Assembly: GCA_038496445.1 (NCBI GenBank)
Contig: JALMLS010000488.1
Span: forward strand, 62,001-126,000
Reading direction: 5' to 3'
DNA length: 64,000 nt
From: Trichosphaerium sp. ATCC 40318
Taxonomy: Eukaryota; Protista; Tubulinea
The notes below the pieces were generated by a model. That model was not told where the DNA came from. It did no database searches and saw nothing but the letters and a program-made list of their open reading frames with translations. The position numbers were made by a program, and so were the translations under genes. The first letter of the stretch is position 1. Each line of letters opens with the position of its first letter. Shown piece after piece: positions 26,831 through 40,563 of the stretch.

Positions 26831-29800
26831 TTACACTCTACTCCACGGATTACGTGAAGGATTCGGTACTTGAGACCTTTAATACAAAGATAAGCAAGTT
26901 TTAAAAAGGCATGGGAAAAAAAAAAACACGTGATTTCACACGTGCAATAAAAGTTTTTTGTTTGAGACAAAAAGTGATCTTTTACCTTTTAGTTTGATTA
27001 TTGACAGGGTTCGATTTTCCATTCATTCTTTGTCCATGTTGCTTCCATACAGAATGAACTTGTTTTGTTGCTGTTGTGGCTTTCTTCTGTTTAACCATCT
27101 CTGTTGTTTGTTTTGTTTGAGGTTTAGCTTGTTTATGTTTAGGGCTATCCATAAGGTACTCAGGTACACGATCTGACGATTTTGATACTGCGCCTTTAGC
27201 TCCAGCATTGTTTTGATGCATAAGAAGAAGTGTTTCATAAATGTCTTGTCTCATTTGTTGGATTGTACTGTTTGCGTTATTATCAACTTGTGATTTACCG
27301 CTTTCATCTGGTAGTTGACTGCTATCAGTGGTTTCTTTCAAGCGGTTCATTAAACCAACGAGCTTCTTATGAACACTATCTAGTGTTGATGCAGCTTCCT
27401 GTCCACTTCGAACTCTCAGTTGTTTTGTAACATCAATTTGCTCATGATCATCTTGGACTTCTTGTGTCGAACTGTTGTTTGGTACATCAGTCTTTAAAGG
27501 ATGTTCTTCAAGCATGACAGAACTAGAGGGGCATGAGGAATCAGAAAGAAAGAGCGGTGAAACCAAGACAAGAAGAGAAAAGTACCGTAGTATGCTCAGC
27601 AGGTTAAACGTTGTTTGCTTTGGATGAAAAGGGACTGTGAGTTTATTCTCGATCCATTCAACAACTTGGCCATATGTAGTCAGATTCGGCTGTTTATCGT
27701 GAACAAACTAGATACAGAAATGAGACACCTCCAATGCGAGTACTGTTGGGTTTTTCTGATCCAATGTAAACAAAAATAAAGTACCAGCTTCAGTAGTGCG
27801 TGATAGGCTAAGAACTTAGCTGATTTCATATTAGGCGCTTCTGTTTGTACTTTATACTGCATCCATCTCGCTAAAAAAGGTAACAATGAGTTGTGTACAG
27901 TTGATATTGATTTGCTTCTTTTTTTTTGAAAGTATTTAAAGCCATTTCTCACCATTACAAATATACGATGGTGCCGGCTCCTCATCTTCAGTATCAGCCT
28001 CTATCTCTTTGTAAGATAACTCAACACCCATCTGTCTGGTTCTAAAAATAACGTGAATATCACAGCAAGTTCATGAAAATCACGTGATTTAAAAAACCTG
28101 CACGTGTAAAGAAATATGAGCATAAACGCGTGTCGTACTTGTTTACATAATCGTCAATAAGCCAAACGATATTTTTAGTCTTTCCGTCATGTTCTAGAAT
28201 TCCAGGATCACTTAGAGGTAAGTACGCATTGCGTCCAAACTTATCCTCGCTTGCTGCTGATTTCATTGCCCACGATTCAGGATTAGGAAAGTACCCTGGA
28301 CATAGTACATCAAGAGTTGCGATTGAAGCCTTTTTTTGTATTTATGAGATAAAAAACACAAACTTGGTTTAGTTTTGTACCATTCTCTTTGCTAGTTTCT
28401 TGCTCAAAGCACGACCTGTGCTGAACTGTTTACCACCTATAAATACAGTACATCCAAAAGGGTGCTATTAAAAATAGTCAACACAAAGCAGAGTAAAAAG
28501 AGAAACAATACGTACAACTTCATTGGTATCTTCATCTAGATGAAATTTAGGCAAGCAATTGAAAATGTTAACACAGTACTCCTGCAAAAACGTAACAGGT
28601 GACTTTCCTCTAATGGGAAACGTTAATATTTAAGCGTAAAAATCATGTATAAAGACGTACTCTGGATCAAGTTCAACAATGGATTTGCGGTTTTGCTTCC
28701 AATGTCTGGTTTGTTTATTTTTTTCTGGTTTTTTTTTCCTTCTTTTAATTATATCTGCTACTATCCACATAACACTTTTCTTTATCTCATCTTCAGTGCC
28801 TCCTTCTGGAAAGGCATCACATGGATCTATATGAGTTTCAAATTCATCAGCCTACCATCGATAAGTTCAAACAAAAAAGTTTGAGAGCAATAAAAAGCTT
28901 CCCAGTTTGGGCGTCAAAATACGCTTGCTATACGTTCAACTGATCTATTGTTTAATTTCTTACCTTTTTAGATGATTTGTCTTTTGTCTCTTCGTTTGGT
29001 TTTATCTCTCCTTCTTCGAGTACCTGCAGAAAAAACATAAGAACCTTTAAGAATTTTTCTCAACTAACAAGAAACCAACAATACCTTTGCTTCCTTAGCT
29101 GCTTTTCTAGCTTTTTCCGCTTCCTTAATATTACAAGTTACCATAAGCTAGTTACCTAAGCCATAAAAATAGATTTTTCTTGCATCTGTATGCAAGGCAA
29201 GCGCCAAAAAAGTCAAATCTTTTACTGTTTTTGATGCTCAAAAACAATTCCTTTTTTAATGCGCAGTGAACAATTTACTTGTCACTGTTAATTGGAGTAT
29301 TCTGTAAAACAGTGAAGTAAAATGACCACTGCAACAAAAGGACATGATAACGTAGAATAGAGCTTAACACGTGGAGGCATCTGATAAAAGAAAACAGACC
29401 AAAAAAAAACCAAAAAGCTTTTGATTGTATACCTCATCAATGGCGTAGTAGGTGTCTGTTGGTGGTTCATCAGATATTTTAGGTTGTGAAGATGGCTTTC
29501 CATCTTTTCTTGCCTCGTAGGATTCCAGGAAAGTCTTCTCTGTCGGGCTATAAGTGTGATAAGAAAAACGTTTCATCTTCAAAAAAAAGTCCTTAAAAAA
29601 ATAAGCAATGCTGACTTACTCTTCTATGAGAACTTTAAACGCCCAAAGTGGTACAAGATGTTTCTTGGCGTCCCTGCAACGTCTAGTATGGGTTAATAAT
29701 GGCGAGTTTTTTTATCAAAAAATAAACACGTCACCTGTAAGGTCTAGTCCAAGAAATAACTCCAGATCGTGTATGCAAATAAAAATTTAACCCATTGGCA

Positions 29801-30643
29801 TGTTTACATATTTCCCAGCCTACACACAAAGTCAGAAAAAGATGAATCATGGCAAACAATACAGTGGTCTTTACTGTAGCAATACGCTAATGTATTTTGT
29901 AGGTAACCTTGGAGACGCCAGTGGTCCCTCACAGGTTGTAAAGAATTGGTAAATTAGAAAGAACCACAAAGTTCTTTTCTCATTTTTTTTGAAAATTGTC
30001 TTCAAAAAAAAGTAATGTACCACGTGGTAATGTAGCATGCTTTGGTATTTCATCTTGACGTTCAAGGGCTGCCTCTTGACGTTTTTTCTTTAAGTCAGTA
30101 ATGTACTGTCGTACTTCCTCAGCTATGGCATTATACTTGGCCAACTGTTCATCAGAAATACTAACAAACGCGTCAGAGACCCAAAAAAACCCAAAAGACA
30201 CAGCTGTCAGTGTCAAAAAAAAAATTGTACCGTTTGTGTGAAAAGCTAACAGTGGCAGTACTGGTAGGCTCTTGTGGTTGTTTTGGTTGTTTTGGTGCGT
30301 TTTGAGACTTTGCCGCGTTTTGGTTCGCATTTCGCTTTTTCCCTCGCTTTTTATGTGTTTGGCTTTCACCTTTGGTAGTACTACGCTTTGTTTGGTATCC
30401 TTGTTGACGATTATTGCCGTTATGAGTTGAAGGATTATTATATTGTCTCTGGTACGAGCTATGACCATCTCTTCGCGTATCATAGGAATTTTGAGAGCGT
30501 TCATTATCGCCTCGAGTAGTATAACCTCTAGCAGTTCTATATCGCTTTGTATTGCGCCCTGCATCGTCATATCGTTCTCTCTGGCCGTTATACCGCTCTC
30601 TATTTTCTCTACCGTAACCGTCCCTGCCACGCTTTCTGCTCAT
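26831..30643 (-). CDS. DGCR8: DGCR8/Pasha-like Microprocessor subunit (WW/RHED, dsRBD1, dsRBD2, C-terminal tail)
   Basis: LPRGWEICKHANGLNFYLHTRSGVISWTRPY...KKHLVPL; HPFGCTVFIGGKQFSTGRALSKKLAKRMASIATLDVLCP; SAKFLAYHALLKL...PNLTTYGQVV; FNLLSILRSVM. Domain order is colinear with animal DGCR8. Confidence 0.85.
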
Positions 30644-30900
30644 TGTTAATTAGACCTATGGATAAATCCTGAAACTACAAATAGTATTTTAACTGTAAAT
30701 TATCCACGTATTTGAGCGGCAAAGTATTATCCATGGAAAATCCAAAAAAAAAATCAACTTCACGTTTCGTTCTCGAAAATACCACGAGGTCCACAAAGGT
30801 GTGCAATTAATTACGTAAGTTAACCTATTCAAATTACGTTGAGTCAATGTCAAAACCTTGTGAGTCATTTGTCTAAGAAAGGGATTTTTTTTTATTTATT

Positions 30901-32914
30901 CTACAAGGTAACCTGTACTGTACTTGAGAGTTTTACATTCGGTGTGTCGAGTGCACTTGAAGGAGTACGTTTACTCCCTTTGCTTTTAGTTATCCAAAAA
31001 GGTACGCTTTGAACAATGGATAGCGAGTCAAGAATGAGAATGTAGGTTGTAAAAAGAATCGCATACCAATAGCCATCAGCTGCTTTAACTAAAAAACAAG
31101 TTAAACTATTTTGTAGAACTCACACGTGATTGCATCCAAAAACAGTAATTACACGTACAGTCAATTGCAAAATTGAAAAAGAAATCAATGAGCAACAATA
31201 CTTGTAAGGTCGAGAAAGCAATGAGGCGTGCTCTCATCTAAACGTCAGTATTAGTTTTATTTTATATTAATATAACACGTGCCTTTAATAGTCTTTGTGA
31301 CTCAACCGTCATGCGCTTGATATGTACGAATAAAGAACGACTAACTATAATACTATAGACCACAATAATAGCAAGAGAGAGAATTGTCGCCGTCTAGAGT
31401 AGCGTGTTATAACGTTAAAAAATAATGTCCAAAAGTGGTGTACCCATCGAAGTATTGACATGTATTCAGCTACGTTGTTGCTCTCAAATGTTCTTGATAT
31501 AGCCGATGCAACATAGAATATGAAGAGAGCTACTATAATGCATATAAATACTTTTCTTGTTTTTGAGATAAAGTAAGTGACTTTAACTTCTTTGTTTACA
31601 ATAGCCTCGTGCCTATCGGAACGTTTAAAAAAAAACCAAAAAAACTTGAAAACAAGAATTGTACCAATACAAAGACACAAGTAATGCGCTACCAAGAGAA
31701 AACGGTAGAGATATTGCAATAAGTATTTGTTGTACTGTATAAGGATAAATACGATGTCCTTGGAAAGGATCAATAAGCAAAACCATCCGCACTAGAAATA
31801 GAATTAAATATATCACAAACAAGGATATTGGATTTTCTCCTATTCTAATAAAAGTCATCAAAAGGCGTACAAAGATTTGCAACTACCTCAAATACCAGAC
31901 AAACAATAGGAATAGTTAAAATATCAGTTCTGAAATGCGGACTGAGGACACGTTTCCACAATATAACAGCGGATACTGCGAATGAAGTCAAGGTATAAAT
32001 AATAAGTACAAGCATCGTTGTATGAAAAGCCCAATGTGACGTTGCTTTATGGAAAGAATTACTGTCTAAAGACAAAAATGAGTTAACAAAAAGTCCGTAT
32101 TTGAGAAAAGGATAAAGAAAAATCTGATCTTTTGTTTCAATAATCACGTGACAAAAAAAAATAAAAAATAAGTTTAAAGAACTTCCGTGCCTGGAAATAT
32201 GAAACCACTTAATTGTTGAGAGTCATTAATAAGTCCAGGATGAATATCTTCTTCTGCTATTGTCACAATTGGGATATTCATTCGAGCATCTTTTTGAGGG
32301 TGTCTCAGACGATAAGAAACAATTCCTACTTAGTTTAGAGATAAAATCGTTTTAGGGGAACCCATACCAAGATTAGTGCGATCTCTATTGACGGAATAAA
32401 GTACCAATACGGCTCCTCGTTCTTGAAGCTCAAAAGCACTAACGAATATTTATTTTGTTTCAAAGTTGAAATAAAAAAAAAAGTAATGGGCGTTTTTTGG
32501 TGTTTTTTGGTGCTTGTCTTGTTGTTCTCATTATTGTGTTTAAATCAACGTGGTTGCTTACTCGTTCTCATAGTCGTTAATATCACTGTCTATAATAACA
32601 CCTTTTCCTATTTGAAATATTAATACTGCGTGTAAGTTACTAGTACAGCACCTGACACGTCACTACTGTCACGTCTTACAATTGTGATATTTGTACCGGG
32701 CCACTTTTCCTCTACTGATCCAATAGCGTGCCCAACCGCCTTGTATGTACCTTTTAACATATACGGTTCCTCTATGATCAAGAAACAGTTGAATCCATTA
32801 TAGAAAGCAGATAAAACAAACAACAACACAAGCACAGAAGTTTCTATTTCAACAACAACAACAAAATTAGTTTACTCCCAGTATCAACGAAAATACGAAA
32901 CCTTTAGTTGCCAT
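30901..32914 (-). CDS. Multi-pass (probably 7TM) membrane protein with PA-like ectodomain
   Basis: Signal-like N-terminus, LQERGAVLVL and NIPIVTI (PA-like), then several hydrophobic helices (LRMVLLIDPF, LLVSLYWHEA). Start approximate. Confidence 0.6.
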
Positions 32915-33472
32915 AACAGTTGCCACCTGGAAATTCCGCGGGTAAGTAAGTAATTAAGTGAGTACTGCAAGTCGGTTAATGGACAAGCGCAAGCGCGGAG
33001 TTTTAATCCGCGAGAGTCAGGTATAAGCTGCTCAGGCAGTACGCTTGCTTTCAAAATGAAGGTCACTACACAAAAATCACGTGATGCTCATTAGTTTTTG
33101 ATGAAGTAAACGTAGTAGAGAAGAACAAATTTGGCTTGGGTTAGAGAATTAAATAAGTTTGTGAGTTGTCGGATCAAACAAAAAGCGGAGCTTTTACCCT
33201 TTTACGTTGTTTCCTTGCGATACCTGTACCCGTCACTGTATGTTTGAGCAAACCCTGTTTAAGACAGTGGTTTTTTTACTAAACACAAGGATCATATGTG
33301 TTTCCACAGTCTACTAGTAGTGTCATCAAAGTAATGAGTTCTACTACTCAGTTTGGCAGGTATGCTTTTGTTCTGCCCGAAAAGGTAAGAACAAACCGCA
33401 TATAGGTTCTGCGGGCGTAGGTAATATGAGTGGGTACAATGTTACGTCCATACATAATGGACAACAATTCTT

Positions 33473-34263
33473 TCACAGCAAAACCCCGAAAATTAAGCTC
33501 TGTTGCGCTATTCCAGCGTAGCAGTTAGAGTAGAGGTAGAAAGGCCAATATAATCTAGACAAAGGATATGAGGATTCACATGATAGTGTACCGCTATGAG
33601 TTTTCTTTAGTGATGGCAAACTACCAATACAACTAGTAGCCTTTGTTTTTTTTTTTCTATGTAGTGTTTTTTTTTTGTAGAAGAAGTAATTGTCAAAGTG
33701 GTGTCTGTCCATCAGCAACTTATAATCACAAGCTACTAGTGCTACGTTTGAATGTGAGTTTTCAAGTAGTGGTTTAATCAAACTTATAGGCTTGGCAATC
33801 TTTAGAGAGCACTGAAGCTCAACGTTTTTGTTCAAACAGAAAAATAGCAACAAAATTTCCAATTAGTAGTTGCTCAGGGCTAACAAGTAATCACTAAACC
33901 CGTGATTGGCTGTTTTACACTCAAATAATTTTACCTCTGTCTCAAGAAATGTCCCTGGTTTAAATGATAGTCCGTTACAGTTCAAATCGTTCAAATTCTA
34001 AAATTTTTTTTTGCCCCACAAACGCCTTGAATTTTATTTCGCTTACAAAACAGTACTTGTAAGGGCTGGGGCAAAACAACGTGAAGAATTTGAACTTCTG
34101 AGAGTTCGGCCATGATCCGCTTGTGGACCTCTTTGCAGGGACTGTGTACCGTTCCCGAAGGGGCCACACTGAAGTAGCGCAGATACACGTCGTCCCGGGT
34201 GCCGGTCCGTATTATTTCTTCTACAAATCTTTGTAGTCGAAATCCAAAAAGAACAAAATACAA
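33473..34263 (-). CDS. Hypothetical protein (exon fragments)
   Basis: GC-richer exon-like blocks with GT-AG boundaries. No family recognised. Confidence 0.3.
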
Positions 34264-34484
34264 AACAAGAAAAAAACAGGTTTGTTCTCTCTATGTACCA
34301 TACAATTGTTTGCACACACAGCTGATTTAGCACCGGTTTTCTTAGCCGATGATGGTTAACTTGCCTTGATTTGGATCGATAGTGGCGGAAAAAGTAGCGG
34401 AGATTAGATGCCTTTTTTGTAGATATTAAGCCAATGATAAAGTGGTTTATCTATTTTATCCTATTCACAACACTTGCGCCTTTT

Positions 34485-35379
34485 ATGTCTAACGAGTACA
34501 AACTATATTACTGGCCTGGAGCTCCAGGAAGAGGAGAATATATAAGATTGCTGTTTGAAGCAACCGGCACGCCATATACTGATGTCGTACGCTTATTTTA
34601 GCGACTTATAGCCTATTTGAATTTAATCAGTTTAAACTAAGGCCCAATTGCCAGAAGAACAAGGTGGGACGTATAAAGCAGTACTACCTTACACCAGCGG
34701 AAACAATGAAGGGTATATAAACTCGCGTTCGTCAGTTTTCTCATTATTCTAGTTTTCCAACGCTAGCACCTCCAGTATTGGTTCACAATGGACTGACATT
34801 GAGTCAAACATCAAATATTTGCCAGTACGTTGGAACCAAATTGGGTTTGGTTGGCAAAGCAGAAACAGACCTGTATTTGGTTAATCAAGTAGCTTTAACG
34901 ATTGCTGATGTAACTGCCGAGGTGCGTAAATGACTTTTAAATATAATTACCTTTAAATGAGTCCTAACGCGTGTCAGGTTCATGACACGCACCATCCTGT
35001 TGATATAACAGCGAATTACGAGGATCAGAAGCCTGAATCGCTAAAAGCAGCGAAAAGGTTCTGTCAAACGCGTCTACCAAAGTTTCTAAAGTACTTTGAA
35101 CGTATTCTGACACAAAACAAATCAGGAAATGGAAAATTTTTGGTCGGAGACAGTTTGACCTATGCTGACCTTATGTTCTACCATTTTTTGGTTGCTGTTG
35201 GTTATGCCTTCCCAAAATCATTTAAGAAAGCAACAAAGTTATCACCAAAATGTATTGCTTTCCGTGATAGTATTGGTGCAATTCCAAAAGTTGCAGCATA
35301 CATTAAAAGTGATAAAAGACAAAAGTTCTCAAATAATGTATTCCGTCAATATCCAGAGCTTGATCAGCCAGGAGAATAA
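34485..35379 (+). CDS. Glutathione S-transferase
   Basis: YKLYYWPGAPGRGEYIRLLFE, APPVL, LSQTSNI, EVHDTHHP and FLVGDSLTYADL. Confidence 0.92.
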
Positions 35380-35679
35380 TAAAAAAAGATGTTATGACCA
35401 CCCAATATAATATTTTATAAAACGTTCCTAACACGTGTTGTGTTGTTCAGCAAATACAGATTTCTGTTCATTTTTTTTTTTTTGAGCGAAATGATGCTTT
35501 TATTCCTGAACTACTAACTACAGAAACTTAATATAAGCTACATAATGCTGTCGTTTACTTAGTAGTCTTTATAAAAACAAACAAGAAAATCTCATATGAA
35601 ATCGGTGTTTATTATGAAGTGTTAATTTGTACAGTGGTTTGGTGTTTTTTGTTTTGTTTTGTTTTTTTGTTGTGCTACG

Positions 35680-38495
35680 CTAGTAGTTGCATTCTACTTG
35701 ACCGTTCTCAGCAATGATAATATCACTCTTTTTCAACCATACGCTTGGTTCATAAGTTGTAAAACCTTGTTGAAATCGTAGAAAAGTTATTCCATTCTCA
35801 ACAACAACATGAGCTGTTTGTTCTACATTCAAAGCGTTGATAAATACATCACCTTGATGGTTAAGGCTATCATCAATGACTAGCTCTTTGATAGCTATAC
35901 GTTCTCCAGGATTAATGATGGACAAGATCTCACGTCCATCTGCTATACGTGAAAAAGCGTATGCATGCGAAGTTTGACCGGACATTCTGAAGTAAATTGA
36001 TCCTTCAGTAAGAGGTTTACAACTCTTTCTTAATGCTATCATACGACGTGCCATATCAAAAACAACATTCTCAGTATCCAATACAGGATCGACTTGCCAT
36101 TTTTGCTAGAACCAAAGTAAGCATAAGCGTCATCAAGAAGGGAAAAAAAAGGGGAAAAAATAGTAAAAGTCTTTGTCACGTACAGATGGTTTGGCTGTCC
36201 AGTTACCAATGTACTCGTATGATTTTGGTATAACAGCGCTTGATAATCTCCAAGGAGAGGAAACAAACATATCTTGCCTCTTTAAAGAATCATCGTCACT
36301 ATCACAAGTTTGTTGAATAGAATCATAAGCTTTTCCAACATTTTCAAATGAAGTTTCACAGTGACCACTGAAGCCTTGTTCTTGACCATAATAGATAATA
36401 GGTTGACCTATGACTTATAAGAAACGAATAAGTAAGCCAACTAAAAGCATACCTGGGGCAGTGAGCAAGTGAACCAATCCCATAGTTGCTTTGTGTGTAT
36501 CATGTGGAAAATCAACTAAAAATCTAGGCCAATCATGTATTTCAAGTAAGGTCCAAAACAACCTTGGATCTGCTTGACCAGCGACCATATTATAATCATT
36601 TGATTTAAAATACTCTTGTATTGCGCTAGTTGGTTTCTTATTGAGTAAGGCATCCCGACTAGTACCACTTTCGTTGAAATCTAGTAAACAAAAATGTCAA
36701 CCACTAATCTACTAGTCAAACTCATTTCTGCGTACCATACACTGAGTCAAGTCCAGGATATTTACTATGAGGGTGACTCATGTATGTATCTTTCAATGTT
36801 ATTATACGATCAGTTAAACCTGCAGGAATACTCCTAATGGAAGGTGAACACTATTTACAAGAGCGAAGGTGTAGTTTGAAATAGGAAATGAAAAAGAAAT
36901 GTACCCATGCTGGTTCGGATTACTAGGATTGGAAAACATTTTTCCTAGACGGGTAGCTTCCCATTTCGACGGACCCGCTACTTCACCAACAACAAAGAAG
37001 TTACTTTTACCAAGTTTCTTAAACAAAAGTGTCAGATGGCAACAAACAGTTGACAGATACATACATTTGCGTAATCTCTTGTCATTGTGGATACATAGGC
37101 TATAAAATCTTGTGTAACATGCTTCGCTGCATCCAATCGATATCCATCAACATCAGCATAACTGTAAGGAAGTAATATTAATAAACAGGAAGCTTTCGCG
37201 ACAAAAACACAGAGAAAAACACATACGCTATCCAAAATTGTATTAGCTTAGTGTAAATCTCTTGAAAGTCATAATTTCTTGTATCGTAGTCGAACATTGT
37301 TGCTACGAAGTCTCCATAGACAGCGACTGGCTCTAATGGAATAGTAAGAAGGGTGGACAAGTTTGATACTAAGAAGAACGTACCAGTGCCAGAAGTGTCA
37401 GCTCCAGAGTTTTTACCACAACGGTTAAAGAAGTCTTGTTTTTTGAAAGGTCCAAAAAAGTTTGTGCTAAAATTCAATTGTCCTTCATGAACCGATCCTC
37501 CTGGATAACCACCCCAAAACTAAAAGAAAATAAGGATAAAACTCTAGAAAACTCGAAGATTTTCAAAAAAAAATGGCCTACCTTTGCGCTTCTGTCATCA
37601 GCACACTGGTAGTGATTATCGGGGTACTTTTTATACGTAGTTTCTCCGTCACAGAGGTGATTTATAACAATATCAAGAACGACATAGATGCCTCTTTTAT
37701 GGGCTTCTTTTACGAGCAATCTAAACTCCTCGTGTGTTCCAAAACCAGGATCAATATCAGTAAGATCCACTGTACAATATCCGTGATAACTAAAAACGTA
37801 TATACTTTAGTTGTCAAGTTACAACAAAACTAACAAAATACAGACTCCAAAAAAGGAAAGTGAATGACAATAACTGAAGTTATTAAAATGCTAACGAAAA
37901 GCAAAAAAATACCTTCCGTCGTGTTTAAAAACAGGTGTTATCCATAGTGTAGTAATACCCAAATAATGAAGGTAATCTAAACGATCAACAATACCAGTAA
38001 GATCACCTCCATGCCTTTATTTGAAGAAATAAGTCAAAAAAAAAAAAAAACGTGCAACAAACGATTCGTTACGAAACGTTGACATCTTGAGTTCAAAAAA
38101 ACGTACCTGAACGAAGGCAACCCGAATAAGTTAGGTGTGTCGTTGTATTTGATTTGTTCGGCCGGTAAGTTGTACATATCGTTCGTAAGGTTGCCGTTGT
38201 TAAAGCGATCGACCTTTGGGAAGTGTTAGTACATAAACTAAGAATCAGACATGGGTACCTGTATTTCATAGACTACTTCAGCACCCCAGTACGTAGGACT
38301 TGGCGTGTAGACGCCTCCAGACGAAATAAACGAGTTTTTAGCCCAATCGTTTCTATCATCGGCCCAATCCTTTATGCCTTGCGTCCCAAGTGTGTTTATA
38401 TCTGGCGCAGTTGCCCAAGGGTCTATAGGTGCGGAACAACACGCAAAAACTGCTGTGAGTACGATCAATGCGTATATACACGCGTTGCTTTGCAT
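35680..38495 (-). CDS. Secreted GH13 alpha-amylase family glycoside hydrolase
   Basis: Signal peptide, VDRFNNGN, HGGDLTGI, VVLDIVINH, DGYRLDAAKHV, VVGEV, EIHDWPRF and PIIYYGQEQG. Confidence 0.92.
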
Positions 38496-39017
38496 CCCGA
38501 GTACTTTTGACGTTTTGAATAAAAAAAGAAACGAATTCACAATGGCTTAAACAACGCACGAATTCGCTTCCCAAGCAATGCAACAAGTGTAAAAAAGGCC
38601 GTACATTTTATACTGATGTTTTTTTACTCTAAACCCAAACGTTCCCAATTCCCAACTTTTTAAAAAACGTATTCCTAGTTAGTTTCTCAAAAAAATAACC
38701 TGTCACTATTTTGGCTAGAAGAGCTTTGTAGTACGTCCTGTTGGGCCTTTAAAAATACCCAAGGCCTGCAACAAGTCTTCTTGTCTTATAGTCCACTATC
38801 ATGCTCAGCAACGTACCGTTTACGCCTTGAACTCACCTGTCAAATCGCTAATTCTCAATGACACCAAAGGTCGGAAACAAACCGGTGGGATTCTCTATCA
38901 GACGGTGACATGCAATGCCCACTGTTAAGAGCGAGCTCCATAAATCTATCATGTTTTGGCGAGTGTCAAATGAAAAACTTGTTAATTTCTGCGTTCACTG
39001 TTTTGTTGCTAGCACAA

Positions 39018-39690
39018 ATGTCAATAGCTGGTTCTCCCGTGGCTGCTTTGGGTATCATTGGTAAAGAGGTAAGTGGTAAGAGTTTAATAACCGTGTTTAA
39101 TCGACAATTGCTGAAGAATAATCCATTGTACGTCAAATGTCGCTCAAATGACTCCCTTCGGTTTCGCCATATAATACATAACTCTATTGACGTGATAGAA
39201 AGCCAAAGTACACTATTTTATTATTTTGTATTATTTACGCCTACAAGTAGAAGAAACTCATAAAGCAGGAAGATCTAGATACTTTTTGGTACGTGATTTG
39301 TTAGTAAATACAATATCCCGTTAAACCCGCCCTATAGAGCAAGTTATTCACTCTCGAAGAGTTTCGCGTTTACGGTTACTACACTAACACATTAATTAAA
39401 TTTGTGCTGGTACTGGATGATTTCAGCTCTGTCCGGTTAGAAAACATGGAAACCGAGCAAGTACGCGTCAAGATGGCGCCATCACGCGCGGAAAAACCTG
39501 AACGGTTTTTTTTTTTGGTGCTAAACCTTTTTTTTAGTTCTTTGTGCAACTTCATAGACTGTATGTTGATGTTGTATGTAACCCTTTCTACATTCCTGGT
39601 GAACAAATCAAATCAAAAATTTTCGAAAAGCGATTAAACGCTCTATTGGCAAATATATCATCTAACACTGATTCCAAGACAAAGCAGTGA
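39018..39690 (+). CDS. TRAPPC2L: TRAPP complex subunit 2-like (sedlin family)
   Basis: LGIIGKENNPLYV, FRHIIHNSIDVIE, EEFRVYGYYTNTLIKFVLV and LHRLYVDVVCNPFY. Confidence 0.85.
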
Positions 39691-39871
39691 TGTACGGCTT
39701 ACCCCAAACATACTTTAAAATGCTTATTACTTATACCAACAATAGTACAACCTCGCTATAATTCATAAAAAACAAGGTTTATTTTACCCAATCGACTTTG
39801 TGGTTTTTTTCCATTTGGTACATACAACTTAGCCCCATTTTAAAGGCTACTCTTTATAGACATCAAATGCC

Positions 39872-40563
39872 TTAGTTTGGGTTGAAGCGGAGTGATGCTG
39901 AGTTGACACAATGACGTTCATCCGTTGGGTGGTTGTAACTACACAAAACAAGTCAAAAAAAAAAAACCGACAAAAAAATAAAAAAAAATTTGTACTGTAA
40001 CTTCACGACAAAGGCAAAAAAAAACCCGAAAAAGCGAAAGAGCGATTTAGAAATAATACTCACCCTTCTCCTGAGAAAACATGTCCAAGATGTCCTTGAC
40101 ATTTACTGCATACAATCTCCACACGTCTCATACCGTGGGATGTGTCAACGTTACGCGCGACAGCAGCTAAGAAAAGAGTTAAACAACGTTAAACTTGAGA
40201 AACTCGCTTTTTCTTTCCGTTTAGATTTGCGGAGTAAATCTCTAAGTGTGGAAAACTGTACGTACCATTCTTTCCTCCAATAGAATCGTAAAATGCTGGC
40301 CATCCACAACCAGAATCAAATTTATGCTCTGATTTGTATAACTCTGCTCCACACCCAGCGCAAACGTATGTGCCTTTTGCTTTGTGGTGGTTGTATTCCC
40401 CTACGAAAACGTAAATAAATAATCCCTTTCGCGCTAAAAACGCTAAAAACGCGCTCTATAGTATACCTGTTCCAGGACGCTCTGTTCCCTTTTGTCTTAA
40501 GACTCTGAACTGCTCAGGAGTCAATTTAGCTTTCCATTCTGCTTCAGTTTGTGGCATAGACAT
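39872..40563 (-). CDS. msrB: Peptide methionine-R-sulfoxide reductase B
   Basis: [44 protein letters not shown] and RHCVNSASL (Cys form). Confidence 0.96.

Noticed and set aside
29820-30020. Hairpins in a Pasha-like intron as Microprocessor autoregulation sites
   Set aside because: The stems are mostly poly-T/poly-A pairing, which is expected by chance in these introns.
39872-40563. MsrB as a second selenoprotein
   Set aside because: The catalytic residue is a Cys codon (RHCVNS) and there is no in-frame TGA.
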